Source: Myxococcota bacterium
Lineage (GTDB): Bacteria; Myxococcota_A; UBA9160; SZUA-336
Length of the DNA: 64,000 nucleotides
NCBI GenBank assembly: GCA_965247115.1
Contig: CBDFGR010000002.1
Span: 1,472,001-1,536,000, forward strand
Reading direction: 5' to 3'
Below, one piece after another: positions 8,821 to 19,103 of this stretch (the first letter of the stretch is position 1; every line of letters starts with the position of its first letter). A program made the translations under genes and the position numbers. Below the pieces are notes generated by a model that saw only the letters and a list, made by a program, of their open reading frames with translations, searched no databases and had not been told where the DNA came from.

Positions 8821-9096
8821 TCACAGCTCACCGAAGCCGTCGTTCACGAGTGCGGCCAGAGCCGCGTACGCATCCACCGCATCCTCGCCCTCGCAACGCA
8901 GCCCGATCACGCTTCCCCTTGCCGCACCGAGGGTGAGCACGGAGAGAGAGCTCTTGCCGTTCACCTCCCTTCCGTCCTGGCTCACCCAGACCGTTGCGGC
9001 GTACTCGCTTGCGAGCGTCACCAGCTTGCCGACGGCTCTCGCGTGCAAGCCGAGTGGATTCACGATCTCGTGCTCTCCCGACGTCGGGCTGCTCAC
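8821..9096 (-). CDS. ptsH: Phosphocarrier protein HPr
   Basis: GLHARA (His15) and NGKS (Ser46) motifs, C-terminal GFGE; start inferred at GTG 9096. Confidence 0.85.
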   Translation of the reverse strand: MSSPTSGEHEIVNPLGLHARAVGKLVTLASEYAATVWVSQDGREVNGKSSLSVLTLGAARGSVIGLRCEGEDAVDAYAALAALVNDGFGEL

Positions 9097-9164
9097 GGAG
9101 TTCGCCCCATCGCCTGAGCATCTCACACTGTCTACTCGCAGGCGACGCTGCAGGGGGATAGCGA

Positions 9165-9662
9165 CTAGCGCGCGCGTTCCTTCCACCAAGCAACGTACTC
9201 GTCGATTCCCTTGCGCACGGCGGATGCCAGCGCCCAGATCTGGCGGTCGGCGGCCTCGAGCTTTCGCAGGTTGTCGTCCGAGAAGTAGCGCTCGCGGTAC
9301 TCTCCCGGCTTGATCCAGCGGAAGCCCGAGTGCTCCGAGCTCAGCCGGACCTCTCCCGCAGCACAGTCGCAGGCGTACGCGACCAGAAAGGTGTCGGTGC
9401 CGTACACGTGCATGGGAATGAGCCCTACCAGCGAGAGCCGACCCGTCGGAACGAGCCCCGTCTCTTCCTCGAGCTCGCGGAGAGCGCCCTCCTCGGGCGT
9501 CTCTCCTCGATCCAGCACTCCCCCGGGTGTGTACCAAGCTCCGGGCGCCGCGCCCCCGGCTCGCTTCAGGATCAGGATCTCGTCACCGCGCCGGGCGTAC
9601 ACCGAGGTGCCGATCCCGAAGAGCGCTGGGCCCTCTACCTCGCTGCCATCTTGCTCCGCCAT
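9165..9662 (-). CDS. NUDIX hydrolase
   Basis: Nudix box GVLDRGETPEEGALRELEEETGL. Confidence 0.88.
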   Translation of the reverse strand: MAEQDGSEVEGPALFGIGTSVYARRGDEILILKRAGGAAPGAWYTPGGVLDRGETPEEGALRELEEETGLVPTGRLSLVGLIPMHVYGTDTFLVAYACDCAAGEVRLSSEHSGFRWIKPGEYRERYFSDDNLRKLEAADRQIWALASAVRKGIDEYVAWWKERAR

Positions 9663-9731
9663 GCGACTATTCTAGCCAGCGGATGGCTGTCGAATCGGCG
9701 TACTATCGGGTCCCCGGCAGAGGAGAAGACT

Positions 9732-10538
9732 ATGGCAAGACTGACGGAGCTCAGCCGCTCCATCGCGGGGAAGGTGGCCCTGGTCACGGGAGCCGCGAGC
9801 GGCATGGGTAGGGCAACGGCCCACCTCTTTGCCGACGAGGGCGCGCAGGTAGCCGTGGCCGACATCGTCACGGACGGTGTCAAGCGGGTGGTCGAAGAGA
9901 TCGAGGGGGGCGGAGGCACAGCCTCGGGCTGGTTGCTGGACGTCAGCGATCGCGCCGCGGTCGAGTCGGTCGTGGACGAGATCGTCGAGCGCTTCGGCGG
10001 CCTGGACATCCTGGTGAACAATGCGGGCACCGCTATGGGAGGGCCAATCGACGCCGAGGACTTCGAGGAGCGGTGGGAGAAGACCTTTGCCGTCAACTTG
10101 ACCGCTCACACCCGCACGATTCGCGCTTGCCTGCCCCATCTCAAGCGCAGCGGTGCCGGCCGCATCGTGAACATCGCCTCGACCGAAGGGCTCGGCGCGA
10201 CCGCGTTCAGCAGCGCCTACACCGCGAGCAAGCACGGCGTGATCGGACTGACCCGCTCGCTCGCGGTCGAGCTCGGCTCGCAGGGTGTCACGGTCAACTG
10301 CATCTGCCCCGGCCCGATTCGCACGGGCATGACGGCTGCGATCCCCGATGAGGCCAAGGATCTCTTCGCCCGCCGCAAGGTGCCGCTGCGCCGCTATGGC
10401 CAGCCTGAAGAGGTCGCACAGGGCACCCTCAATTTCGTGCTGCCCGCATCTTCCTTCATGAACGGGGCGATCCTCGTCGTGGACGGCGGCATGCTCGCTC
10501 AGAACCACCTCGCCTCGCTGCGGGACTCCCCCGCATAA
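9732..10538 (+). CDS. Short-chain dehydrogenase/reductase
   Basis: TGAASGMG, NNAG and YTASK motifs; GAGGAG RBS before ATG 9732. Confidence 0.9.
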   Translation: MARLTELSRSIAGKVALVTGAASGMGRATAHLFADEGAQVAVADIVTDGVKRVVEEIEGGGGTASGWLLDVSDRAAVESVVDEIVERFGGLDILVNNAGTAMGGPIDAEDFEERWEKTFAVNLTAHTRTIRACLPHLKRSGAGRIVNIASTEGLGATAFSSAYTASKHGVIGLTRSLAVELGSQGVTVNCICPGPIRTGMTAAIPDEAKDLFARRKVPLRRYGQPEEVAQGTLNFVLPASSFMNGAILVVDGGMLAQNHLASLRDSPA

Positions 10539-10559
10539 GGCCCTCCAAGGAGACAGTTC

Positions 10560-12002
10560 ATGAACGACCTGGCATACGAGAGCGCTCGCTCGATCGCCGC
10601 GGCGATTCGAGACGGCAAGCTCAAGAGCCGAGATCACCTCGAGGCCATGCTCGATCGGATCGAGCGGCTGAACGGTCCCCTGAACGCAGTCGTCACGCTC
10701 GATGCGGAGCGCGCGCGGCGCGAAGCTGACGCTGCCGATGCCGCGCTCGGCGGCGGAGCGAAGCTCGGTCCACTGCACGGTGTATGCATGACCATCAAGG
10801 ATTCGTTCGAGACGCAGGGCATGCGCACGACCTCCGGTGCACCGGAGCTCTCGGGCTACGTTGGGGAAACGGACGCGGTGCCGGTGGCACGTCTGCGCGA
10901 GGCCGGGGCCGTCATCGTTGGCAAGACGAACCTGCCGATCTATGCCGGAGACGCGCAGAGCTACAACGAGGTGTTCGGTCAGACGAACAACCCCTGGAAC
11001 GTGGACCGGACCCCTGGCGGCTCCTCCGGCGGTGCCGCGGCGGCCCTGGCGGCGGGCTTCACGCCGCTCGAGCTCGGGAGCGATATCGGCGGGTCCATTC
11101 GCGGACCTGCGCACACCTGCGGCGTCACCGGCCACAAGCCGAGCTTCGGCATCGTACCGGCGCTCGGGCAGATCCCTGGCCCGCCGGGAACACTGACCCA
11201 GGCGGACCTTGCCGTCGCCGGTCCCATGGCGCGAGACGTCGACGACCTGGAGCTCGGGCTGGACGTGCTCGCCGGTCCCGATGCCTGGCACCGTGTGGGA
11301 TACCGACTCGAGCTTCCGCCCCCACGCCACACCGACCTGCGCGACTATCGCATCGCCGTCTGGCTCGACGAGCCGAGCTGCCCGCTGGATGCGTCCGTAC
11401 GCACGTTGCTCGGCGAGACCGCCAAGGCCCTCGAATCTGCGGGGGCTCGCGTCGACTACACCGCCCGGCCGGAGTTCGAGTTCGACTACGCGGTACGCGT
11501 CTTCAGCGATCTGATTGCAGCCGCCATGTGTGGCGGCTACAGCCGCGAGGAGATCGAGAAGATGGCGGAGCTTGCGAGCGGCGACGGTCCGCACGCGCTG
11601 GCCGCGGCGCGGTCCTCGCAGCGGCATCGCGCCTGGCTCTCCGCGAACGAGCGCCGGCTGCAGATGCGGCAGAAGTGGCACGCCTTCTTCTCGGAGTGGG
11701 ACGCGGTGCTGCTGCCGACGCTGTCGACGGGAGCGATCCCACACGACCAGTCTGAGCCGGCCAGGGAGCGCACCATCCGCGTGAACGGTGAGGTGCGCCC
11801 CTACTCCGACCTCACGCTCTGGGTGGGGCTCACCGGCGTCTCTTATCTGCCCGCCACGGTCGTACCTGTCGGACTCACCAGCGAGCAGCTCCCCGTCGGA
11901 GTTCAGATCGCGGGTCCGTTCCTGGAGGACCGCACCACGCTCGACCTGGCGCGGCGGCTCTCCGAGCTCAATGGGGGCTTTCAGCGACCGCCCGGCTACT
12001 GA
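10560..12002 (+). CDS. Amidase signature family enzyme
   Basis: IKD, GGSSGG and GSDIGGSIR (Lys-cisSer-Ser triad). Confidence 0.9.
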   Translation: MNDLAYESARSIAAAIRDGKLKSRDHLEAMLDRIERLNGPLNAVVTLDAERARREADAADAALGGGAKLGPLHGVCMTIKDSFETQGMRTTSGAPELSGYVGETDAVPVARLREAGAVIVGKTNLPIYAGDAQSYNEVFGQTNNPWNVDRTPGGSSGGAAAALAAGFTPLELGSDIGGSIRGPAHTCGVTGHKPSFGIVPALGQIPGPPGTLTQADLAVAGPMARDVDDLELGLDVLAGPDAWHRVGYRLELPPPRHTDLRDYRIAVWLDEPSCPLDASVRTLLGETAKALESAGARVDYTARPEFEFDYAVRVFSDLIAAAMCGGYSREEIEKMAELASGDGPHALAAARSSQRHRAWLSANERRLQMRQKWHAFFSEWDAVLLPTLSTGAIPHDQSEPARERTIRVNGEVRPYSDLTLWVGLTGVSYLPATVVPVGLTSEQLPVGVQIAGPFLEDRTTLDLARRLSELNGGFQRPPGY

Positions 12003-12032
12003 CTTCCTGATTCGACAACAGAGCGGCCGCTG

Positions 12033-13283
12033 ATGGCACACAGGTCCGAGCTCTGGCATCACCCAGAGTTCCGGAAGCTCTGGTCCGGTCACGTCGTCTC
12101 CGACCTCGGCGGTGCGATCGGCTCGGTCGCACTGCCGCTGACAGCGGTCGTCACCCTCGGCGCAGACGCGCTGCAGATGGGCGTACTCGTTGCGCTCCAG
12201 CAGGCACCCGTCCTGCTCTTCTCGCTCCTCGCGGGGGTCTGGGTCGACCGGCGGCCGCGCCGGCCCCTGATCGTGGTGGCCGAGCTGGGAAGGGCCGCGT
12301 TGCTCGCCACGATTCCCGCGGCCGCGCTGCTCGGTCTGCTCCGGATCGAGCAGCTCTACGTCTTGGGCTTCCTCGCGGGCACCCTCAAACTCGTGTTCGA
12401 CCTGGCTTCGACCTCCTTTCTACCCGCACTGATCGGACGCAAAGATCTCGTCGACGGGAACGCCAAGCTGCAGATGAGCGCAGCGGCGACCGAGGCTGGG
12501 GGACACGCGCTCGGCGGCGTCCTGGTGCGACTCGTGACCGCACCACTCGCGATCGCCTTCGACTCGTTCTCGTTTCTGGTCTCCGCTCTGTTCGCGTACC
12601 GGATTCGCGCACGCGAGACGCATGCAGGCGTCGAGCAGGAACGAGACACGAATATCTGGCGCGAGATTCGCGAAGGCATGCGGGTGCTCATGCAGACCCC
12701 AGCGATCCGCGCAATGACGATCTCCTCGACCATCGGCAGCGGCGGGAGCGCCGTCCAGCAGACGGTGTTCGCGCTCTACCTGACGAACGAGCTGTTACTC
12801 GGGCCGGTCTGGTTCGGAGTCGTGCTGGGCATTCTGGGAGCAGCAGCCTTCGTCGGCACGTTCCTCGCCGGACCGGCCGAGCGGTACCTCGGACCTGGCC
12901 CAGCCCTGATCTTGGGAAGCTTCTTCTGGGGCGGCGGCGGTGTGCTCCTCGCTCTGGTGAGTCCGATGATGGCGTTCATGCTGCCCCTCCTCGCCCTGGC
13001 ACAGGTCAGCTCGGGCATCGGGAGGTCCATCGCGAGCATCAACCAGCTCAGCCTGCGCCAGGCGATCACCCCCGACCACCTCCTGGGCCGAGTGAACGCA
13101 AGCCGCCGGCTTCTCGTCGTCGGTATCATCCCCTTCGGCGCGCTGCTCGGCGGAATCCTGGGCGAGTCGCTGGGCCTGCGCACCGCCCTCTTCGCAGGCG
13201 CGGCCATCCAGATCCTCGGCTTCGTCTACACCGCGCAGTCCCCGCTGCGGAGCGTACGACGCACTCCCGACTCAGTAGCCTGA
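12033..13283 (+). CDS. MFS transporter
   Basis: About 12 hydrophobic segments; GVWVDRRPRR motif A. Confidence 0.88.
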   Translation: MAHRSELWHHPEFRKLWSGHVVSDLGGAIGSVALPLTAVVTLGADALQMGVLVALQQAPVLLFSLLAGVWVDRRPRRPLIVVAELGRAALLATIPAAALLGLLRIEQLYVLGFLAGTLKLVFDLASTSFLPALIGRKDLVDGNAKLQMSAAATEAGGHALGGVLVRLVTAPLAIAFDSFSFLVSALFAYRIRARETHAGVEQERDTNIWREIREGMRVLMQTPAIRAMTISSTIGSGGSAVQQTVFALYLTNELLLGPVWFGVVLGILGAAAFVGTFLAGPAERYLGPGPALILGSFFWGGGGVLLALVSPMMAFMLPLLALAQVSSGIGRSIASINQLSLRQAITPDHLLGRVNASRRLLVVGIIPFGALLGGILGESLGLRTALFAGAAIQILGFVYTAQSPLRSVRRTPDSVA

Positions 13284-13310
13284 ACCTGGTCACCACTTCT
13301 CGAGCTGAGA

Positions 13311-14195
13311 CTAGGCGATCGGCTGGGGGCGCGTTTCGTCTGCTCGGAGCAGTGCCAGCCCGGCGCTCGCCGCCAGAATGACAACGCAGCCCGTCACGGC
13401 CAAGGCGCCCAGGGGCTCCGCGTGAACCGCCCAGGCCCAGCAGGCGCTGAGCACAGGCTCCAAAAGGAGCAGCAGGGAGACCTCGAGGGCGCGGATCTCG
13501 CGCACGCCGTGCGTCATGCAGACGTAGGCGAGCCCGATCTGGAACAGACCCAGGTAGGCGATCACTGTCCAATCCGTCGCCGTGCTAGAAGCGACCGGCA
13601 GCGCGAACGGAAGGCACACGAGCAGCGCGATCAGGTTGCCTGCGACCACGGCGGCCCCCACCGTCGAGGTCCCACGATCGGCGTCGTCGCGTGCGAGCTT
13701 GCGCAGTCCGAGCAGCGTCAGTCCCCAGACGACGCCGCTCCCGACTGCCATCAGGTCGCCAAGGAGGGGATCGGGGGCGGTCGCCAGCGGGGGGCTCGTG
13801 CCCGCAAAGAACAAGCCGAGCCCGACGAGGAAGGCAGCCACCCAGCCGAGGTCCGCGGGCCGTGCCCGCTCTCCGAGGAGCCACGGTCCGAGCAGCAACA
13901 CCCAGAGGGGCGCGGTGGACTGGAGGAAGATCGCGTTCGCTGCAGTCGTGAGCTTGTTCGCCGTGACGTACAGGATGAGTGTCGCGGCGTAAGCGCCTCC
14001 CACCAGCAGCGTGTCCGGCTGCCAGAAGCGTCGCCACGACGGAAAGAACAGCCAGAGTGCCAGCGCGGCTACGCCCGAGCGAAAGCCCGCGACCTGCCAG
14101 CTGTCCAGCGTCGTCGCCTTGATGGCGGCGCCGCCGGTCGAGAAGAGGAGCGCCGAGGCCAGGATCAGCGAGCGAGCGCGGAGTCCGGAATGCAT
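13311..14195 (-). CDS. DMT/EamA family transporter
   Basis: About 10 transmembrane segments; ANAIFLQSTAP and LLLEPV; start taken at ATG 14195. Confidence 0.82.
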   Translation of the reverse strand: MHSGLRARSLILASALLFSTGGAAIKATTLDSWQVAGFRSGVAALALWLFFPSWRRFWQPDTLLVGGAYAATLILYVTANKLTTAANAIFLQSTAPLWVLLLGPWLLGERARPADLGWVAAFLVGLGLFFAGTSPPLATAPDPLLGDLMAVGSGVVWGLTLLGLRKLARDDADRGTSTVGAAVVAGNLIALLVCLPFALPVASSTATDWTVIAYLGLFQIGLAYVCMTHGVREIRALEVSLLLLLEPVLSACWAWAVHAEPLGALAVTGCVVILAASAGLALLRADETRPQPIA

Positions 14196-14280
14196 CGTGC
14201 GGGAGGAGAGTACAGCACCGCTTCGGGGCCTTAGTCGGCCCTCTGCGCCGCTCTCCACCTAGCCAGCGGGCGCCGAAATT

Positions 14281-14299
14281 GATAATGATTATCATTAGA
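14281..14299 (+). promoter_or_regulatory. Fur box
   Basis: GATAATGATTATCATTAGA, 16/19 match to GATAATGATAATCATTATC; an AT island directly before the iron permease ATG. Confidence 0.85.
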
Positions 14300-14300
14300 G

Positions 14301-16247
14301 ATGGGCTGGATGGCAGCGAGATGGGCGACAGCCCTTGCCCTGGCCTCGGGGCTACTCCTGGGGGCCGCTGCCCCCGCCCTGGCGGCGGGAGAGGAAGAGG
14401 CCGCCCGGAGAGCTAGCCATCTGCTCGACTACATCGCGGTCGACTACCCGGAGGCGGTGCGGGCCGGCGAGGTGATCAGCGACCTCGAGTACCAAGAGCA
14501 GCTCGAGTTTGCGGACACCGTCGGCGCGCAGCTCAGACGACTGGGGCTCGTCGAGAGCGATCCGCTCCGCGAGGAGCTGACCGGACTGCTCCAGGCCATC
14601 CAAAAGCTCCAGCCTGCCTCGGATGTCTCAGCCCGCTCGCGGGCGCTGAGCAAGGGAATTCGGGAGCGCTTTTCGGTTCGGGCGCTGCCACCGCGCACAC
14701 CGGACCTGGAGCGGGGGGCAAAGCTCTACACACAGATATGTGGATCCTGTCACGGGACGACCGGGCGCGGGGACGGGCCGGCGGGACTCGGGCTCGACCC
14801 GGCGCCAACGGACTTCACCGATCTCGACCGCGCGCTCCAGCTGAGCCCACTCGCGCTGTACAGCACGATCAGCTTCGGGATCGCGGGAACCGGGATGGTC
14901 GGCTATGCCGATGCCTTCGACGAGGCCGAGCGACACGACATGGCCTTTTACGTGGGCTCCCTGGCCTTCGATCCGACGCTCGTGGAGCGCGGTCGGGTGC
15001 TGGCGGAGCGGGAGCCCGAGCGCGTGTCGGATCGGGTGCCGAACCTGGCGTCCCTCGTGCAGGCGCCCGCGGGCGCGCTCGCACAGGACGAAGACGGGCG
15101 CGCAGTCGTGGCCTTCTTGCGCGTTCATCCCGGATTCCTGCAGCTTGCAACGGGACCGGTGCAGCGTGCGAAACGCCGACTCGACGAGTCCTGGGCCGCC
15201 TATGCGAGTGGCGACTCACGGCAGGCGATCGATCTCGCGGTCGCCGCATACATCGAAGACTTCGAGCCGCTCGAGCCCAGCGTCGATGCGCTGGATCGCG
15301 ACCTCCGCATCTCCGTGGAGCGGAGCTTCATGCGCTATCGCGCCCTGATCCGCGCGGGCGCCTCGCCCGAAGAGCTGGAGCCAGTCTACGCCGCCATCGG
15401 TCAGCATCTCGACGCCGTCGAGCGGCGTCTTGCGAAGGACGGCCTCAGCGCGGTGGCGATCTTCACCGGCGCGCTGGCAATCCTCGCCCGCGAAGGCCTC
15501 GAAGCGGTGCTGGTCGTGGTCGCGCTCATCGGCGTGCTGCAACGGGCGGACCGCCGCGACGCGCTGCGCTGGGTTCACGGCGGCTGGGTGGCCGCCCTCG
15601 TCGCCGGGGGGGCAACCTGGTACGCCGCCCAGGAGCTGGTGCGACTCAGTGGCGCGCAGCGCGAGGTAATCGAAGGCGTGAGCTCCTTGATCGCAACCGC
15701 CATCCTCTTTTACGTCAGCTACTGGTTCGTCTCGAACCTCGCCACGCAGCGCTGGCAGACGTTCCTGCACGAGCGGCTCTCGACAGCCCTCTCGCGCAGC
15801 TCGTTCTGGGCGCTCTCCACGGTCAGCTTCGTCGCGGTCTATCGCGAGCTGCTCGAGACTGTGCTCTTCTTCCAGGCCCTGGCCGCGCAGGCCGGACCGG
15901 ACATGCTGCGCCCGCTGCTGCTCGGAGGGGTCGCCGGTGCAGCAGTGCTCGCACTGCTGGCGACGCTCATTCTCCGCTTCGGTCTACGACTCCCCATGCG
16001 CGCGTTCTTCGGGCTGAGCTCGGCGCTGCTGTACACCCTGGCCATCATGCTGGCCGGGCAGGGCGTCGCCGCACTCCAGGAGGTCGACTGGGTGCCGGCC
16101 ACCGTCGTCGCGGACCTGCGACTGGAGTGGCTCGGTATCCACGGGACGCTCGAGGGACTCGCGCTGCAGGGTGCGCTGGTAGCCGCTGCACTGGCGACGC
16201 TGCCGCGACTCCTCTCGAAGCGCGGCGAGCGACTCACCGCCGCGTAG
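14301..16247 (+). CDS. Cytochrome c / FTR1-family iron permease fusion
   Basis: Signal peptide, CGSCH heme motif, REGLE and RELLE motifs in the membrane domain; Fur box upstream. Confidence 0.88.
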   Translation: MGWMAARWATALALASGLLLGAAAPALAAGEEEAARRASHLLDYIAVDYPEAVRAGEVISDLEYQEQLEFADTVGAQLRRLGLVESDPLREELTGLLQAIQKLQPASDVSARSRALSKGIRERFSVRALPPRTPDLERGAKLYTQICGSCHGTTGRGDGPAGLGLDPAPTDFTDLDRALQLSPLALYSTISFGIAGTGMVGYADAFDEAERHDMAFYVGSLAFDPTLVERGRVLAEREPERVSDRVPNLASLVQAPAGALAQDEDGRAVVAFLRVHPGFLQLATGPVQRAKRRLDESWAAYASGDSRQAIDLAVAAYIEDFEPLEPSVDALDRDLRISVERSFMRYRALIRAGASPEELEPVYAAIGQHLDAVERRLAKDGLSAVAIFTGALAILAREGLEAVLVVVALIGVLQRADRRDALRWVHGGWVAALVAGGATWYAAQELVRLSGAQREVIEGVSSLIATAILFYVSYWFVSNLATQRWQTFLHERLSTALSRSSFWALSTVSFVAVYRELLETVLFFQALAAQAGPDMLRPLLLGGVAGAAVLALLATLILRFGLRLPMRAFFGLSSALLYTLAIMLAGQGVAALQEVDWVPATVVADLRLEWLGIHGTLEGLALQGALVAAALATLPRLLSKRGERLTAA

Positions 16248-16869
16248 GGGCGCCTCCATCCTTCGCGTCGGATCCGCCCTGTCGCACGAGCTCCCGTTCC
16301 AGGAAGTCGAGGCGGTCCTTCCCCCAGAACATCTCGTCACCGACAAAGAAGGTCGGCGCTCCGAAGACACCTCGCTCGAGGCCCTCGCTCGTGGCGCGGA
16401 TGAGCTCCTGCTTCACGGGCTCGCTCTCGCTCTCCTTCTCGAACGCGTCCGAGTCAACGCCGAGCTCCGCGGCGATCGGTCGCAACGCGTCGTAGTCGGC
16501 GACGTTCACGCCCTGCTCCCAGTAGGCGCGGAACGTGGCGCGGATGTAGTCCTCCTCCAGATTCCAGCGGCGCATGGCGATCGCACCGCGCAGGGCGCGG
16601 CTCGTCTTGATGGGGAACTGCTCGGGAACGCGGAAGGGTAGGCGTGTGTACTCCGCCCACCGCTGCAGGTCGCGACGGCGCTGGCGCATCTTCGCTCGCG
16701 GCTCCTGGTCGAGCGTGTAGCTGTGCTGGCGGAACACGTAGCCCAGGTTGAAGGGCACGAAGTTCACACGCGCGCCCGTGCGCGCGAGCACGTCGGGAAG
16801 CAGGAACAGCGCGAAATAGGTGTTCGTGCTGCCCACGTCCCAGTAGAAGTCGACGCTGAGGTCACTCAC
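16234..16869 (-). CDS. 2-hydroxychromene-2-carboxylate isomerase / DsbA-like (kappa GST) protein
   Basis: DFYWDVGSTNTY and GVFGAPTFFVGDEMFWGKDRL; GAGGAGG RBS before GTG 16869. Confidence 0.82.
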   Translation of the reverse strand: MSDLSVDFYWDVGSTNTYFALFLLPDVLARTGARVNFVPFNLGYVFRQHSYTLDQEPRAKMRQRRRDLQRWAEYTRLPFRVPEQFPIKTSRALRGAIAMRRWNLEEDYIRATFRAYWEQGVNVADYDALRPIAAELGVDSDAFEKESESEPVKQELIRATSEGLERGVFGAPTFFVGDEMFWGKDRLDFLERELVRQGGSDAKDGGAPTRR

Positions 16870-16983
16870 GGGACGACCTCCTCGACCGGCGGAAATTGGC
16901 TGCGCATCACCGCCGATCAGACCACGGTCAGCCGGGGAGTACAAGAAGCGTGACCGGTGCCTCGTGACGCGGCAGATGACCGC

Positions 16984-18125
16984 TCAGTCGAACGGGCTTG
17001 CAAACCTCGGATCGAGGACGAAGCTCTGGTCGGTCAGGCTCTGCAGGAAGTGGACGAGGTCGGCTCGCTCTTGCTCCCGCGCCACGAAACCGCGGACGAG
17101 TGGGCTCGTATACGGTTTCGGCGCGTCCCGCGCTGCGCCCGTTCCGCGGCCGCCCGCCGCGTAGTGGTCGATCACCTGTTCGAGCGTCGCGATGCTGCCA
17201 TCGTGCATGTAGGGCGCGGTGAGCGCAATGTTGCGGAGTGTCGGCGCACGAAAGCGACCGGTATCCTCGGGCCGCTTGGTGAACGCGCGCAGACCGGGAT
17301 TGTCAGGGGGATAGAGCCCGCTTCCCTGCAAGTTGTACAGGCCAGTGTTGTGAAAGACGCCCGGTGCGGCGGCTCCCCGGTAGCGCACAGGCCCCGAGAG
17401 ATTGAACCCGCCGTGACACTCCGAGCAGCGCACGCGCTCCGAGAAGAACAGACGCATGCCACGTCGTGCGGAGGCCGAGAGGCCCTCGCGCTCGTCCGCG
17501 TACACGAGCCGATCGTACGCTGAGTTGCCCGAGATCAGGGTGCGCGTGAAGCTGGCGAGCGCCTTGATGACAGTCTCGATCGTGATAGGATCGCCGACTT
17601 CCGGAAAGGCGGCGAGAAACAGCTCTTCGTAGCCAGGCGCGTCTCGCAGCCGAGCGAGCACGAGGTCCTTGCTTCCCGCGACTCCGAGCTCGATCGGGTT
17701 CTCGTTCAGAAGCGGGATGTGGATCTGGTCCTCGAGGCTTTCGAGGTCGGGGTTGGCCACGTGAAGGTCGCGTTGTACGCGACATTGGCCAATGTCATCG
17801 AGCTGCGCAGATGAAGCTCGCCTGTGGACCCTAGCGCGCGCGGGAGCCCGTCCGTAAAGGCGAGCTCCTGTCGGTGGCAGGACACGCAGGACGCGCTCGC
17901 GTTGCCCGACAGGCGGAGGTCATAGAAGAGATGTCGCCCCAGCTCGACCTTTGCACCCGACATCGGGTTCCCAGCGGGCACTACGGGTGTCGGGAAGCCG
18001 GGTGGCAGCGACCACTCGAACGCATCGGGCGCCGACAGCTCGGACGGCACGGCCCGCTGGCCGCATGCAAAGAGGCTGGCCCCGGAAAGCGCGCAGCAGG
18101 CGAAGAGAGCGCGCGCTCCTACCAG
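16984..18125 (-). pseudogene. Di-heme cytochrome c peroxidase/MbnH-like enzyme, frameshifted
   Basis: Two ORF pieces (CVSCH; CSECH plus FRAPTLRNIALTAPYMHDGS) join at TFTW/ANP if one G is restored near 17757; LFAC lipobox upstream with no ATG/GTG/TTG start. Confidence 0.8.
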
Positions 18126-18817
18126 CGACCGAGGTCCGTCTCCGAGAGACGTGCGGTCTGCTGAGCGATCTCGCGGCGTTCTCGGACCCAGGTGGCGAAC
18201 CCCGCCAGAGCCTCTGGCGCCAGTCCATCCGGCTGACGTTCGCGCTGCTGCACGAAGGCCTGCATAGCCTGCATCAGCTCGTCGGCACGGGCGCGTTCCA
18301 GGACGAACAGCTGCACGTAGGCCGCCTTGACCTCGTCGAGCCGGCCCAGGCCGAGGTACGCTTCTGCGCGGTACTCGACCGCCTCCGCGTAGGCCGGCTG
18401 CAGTCGGAGCGCCTCGTCGTACGCCTGGAGGGCCGCCTCGTACTGCCCGGTCCGGCGCAGGGCATACCCCAGGCTGCTATGCGCCTGATAGAGGATCGGG
18501 TTCTTGTCGATGGCGCGTCGGAAGTCCTTGATTGACTTCTTGAACTGCTTCTGGGCCTTGGCCTCGAGCTTGCTGCGCTTCTTCTCGGAATCGGCCTCCG
18601 CGGCCTTGGCCTCGTACTTCCAGGCCTTGTCGCGCTTCTTCAGTCCACGATTGTAGCGGGACTCGGCGATCTCCTCTGGCGTACGAGCGAGATCCGCTGA
18701 GGGACCCATACCGCCGACTTGGGTGGGGGCTCCGCCGCTGGAGCCACCCGCCGCGAGCGCATAGCCCGGAAGGAGAACGAACATCGCGAACATTGCTCCG
18801 AATTTCTTCAGGGTCAC
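18119..18817 (-). CDS. Exported tetratricopeptide-repeat protein
   Basis: Signal peptide (ALA), TPR consensus [34 protein letters not shown] before GTG 18817. Confidence 0.8.
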   Translation of the reverse strand: MTLKKFGAMFAMFVLLPGYALAAGGSSGGAPTQVGGMGPSADLARTPEEIAESRYNRGLKKRDKAWKYEAKAAEADSEKKRSKLEAKAQKQFKKSIKDFRRAIDKNPILYQAHSSLGYALRRTGQYEAALQAYDEALRLQPAYAEAVEYRAEAYLGLGRLDEVKAAYVQLFVLERARADELMQAMQAFVQQRERQPDGLAPEALAGFATWVRERREIAQQTARLSETDLGRW

Positions 18818-18907
18818 GTCTAGCCCTCCAGAGTGTTCCCCGCGCAAGGCGCGTGCCGTGTGAGGCGTACGCCAGTATATAGTGTGTCCCGTCGAGAGGG
18901 GAGAAGC

Positions 18908-19041
18908 ATGAGCGACTCGAGGGTGGCATTCGTGACCGGCGGGGCGGGCGGGATCGGAAGCGCGATCTGGCCTCGGATGCCGCTGGCTTCATCACGGGCC
19001 AGACGCTGTCCGTGAGCGGCGGCCTGACCATGTCTGGATAG
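18908..19041 (+). pseudogene. Internally deleted SDR remnant
   Basis: N-terminus MSDSRVAFVTGGAGGIGSAI fused out of frame to C-terminus LASDAAGFITGQTLSVSGGLTMSG*. Confidence 0.82.
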
Positions 19042-19103
19042 GTTCTTGTGCCACTCCGGTCTACGACCTTCGCTGCGCCAGACACTCGCTACAATGACGC
19101 GCC

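Noticed and set aside
9672..12092. 806-aa antisense ORF, and similar long shadows such as 53865-56393, 38812-40128 and 61407-63290
   Set aside because: They are antisense to well-supported genes; long stop-free shadow frames are expected at high GC.
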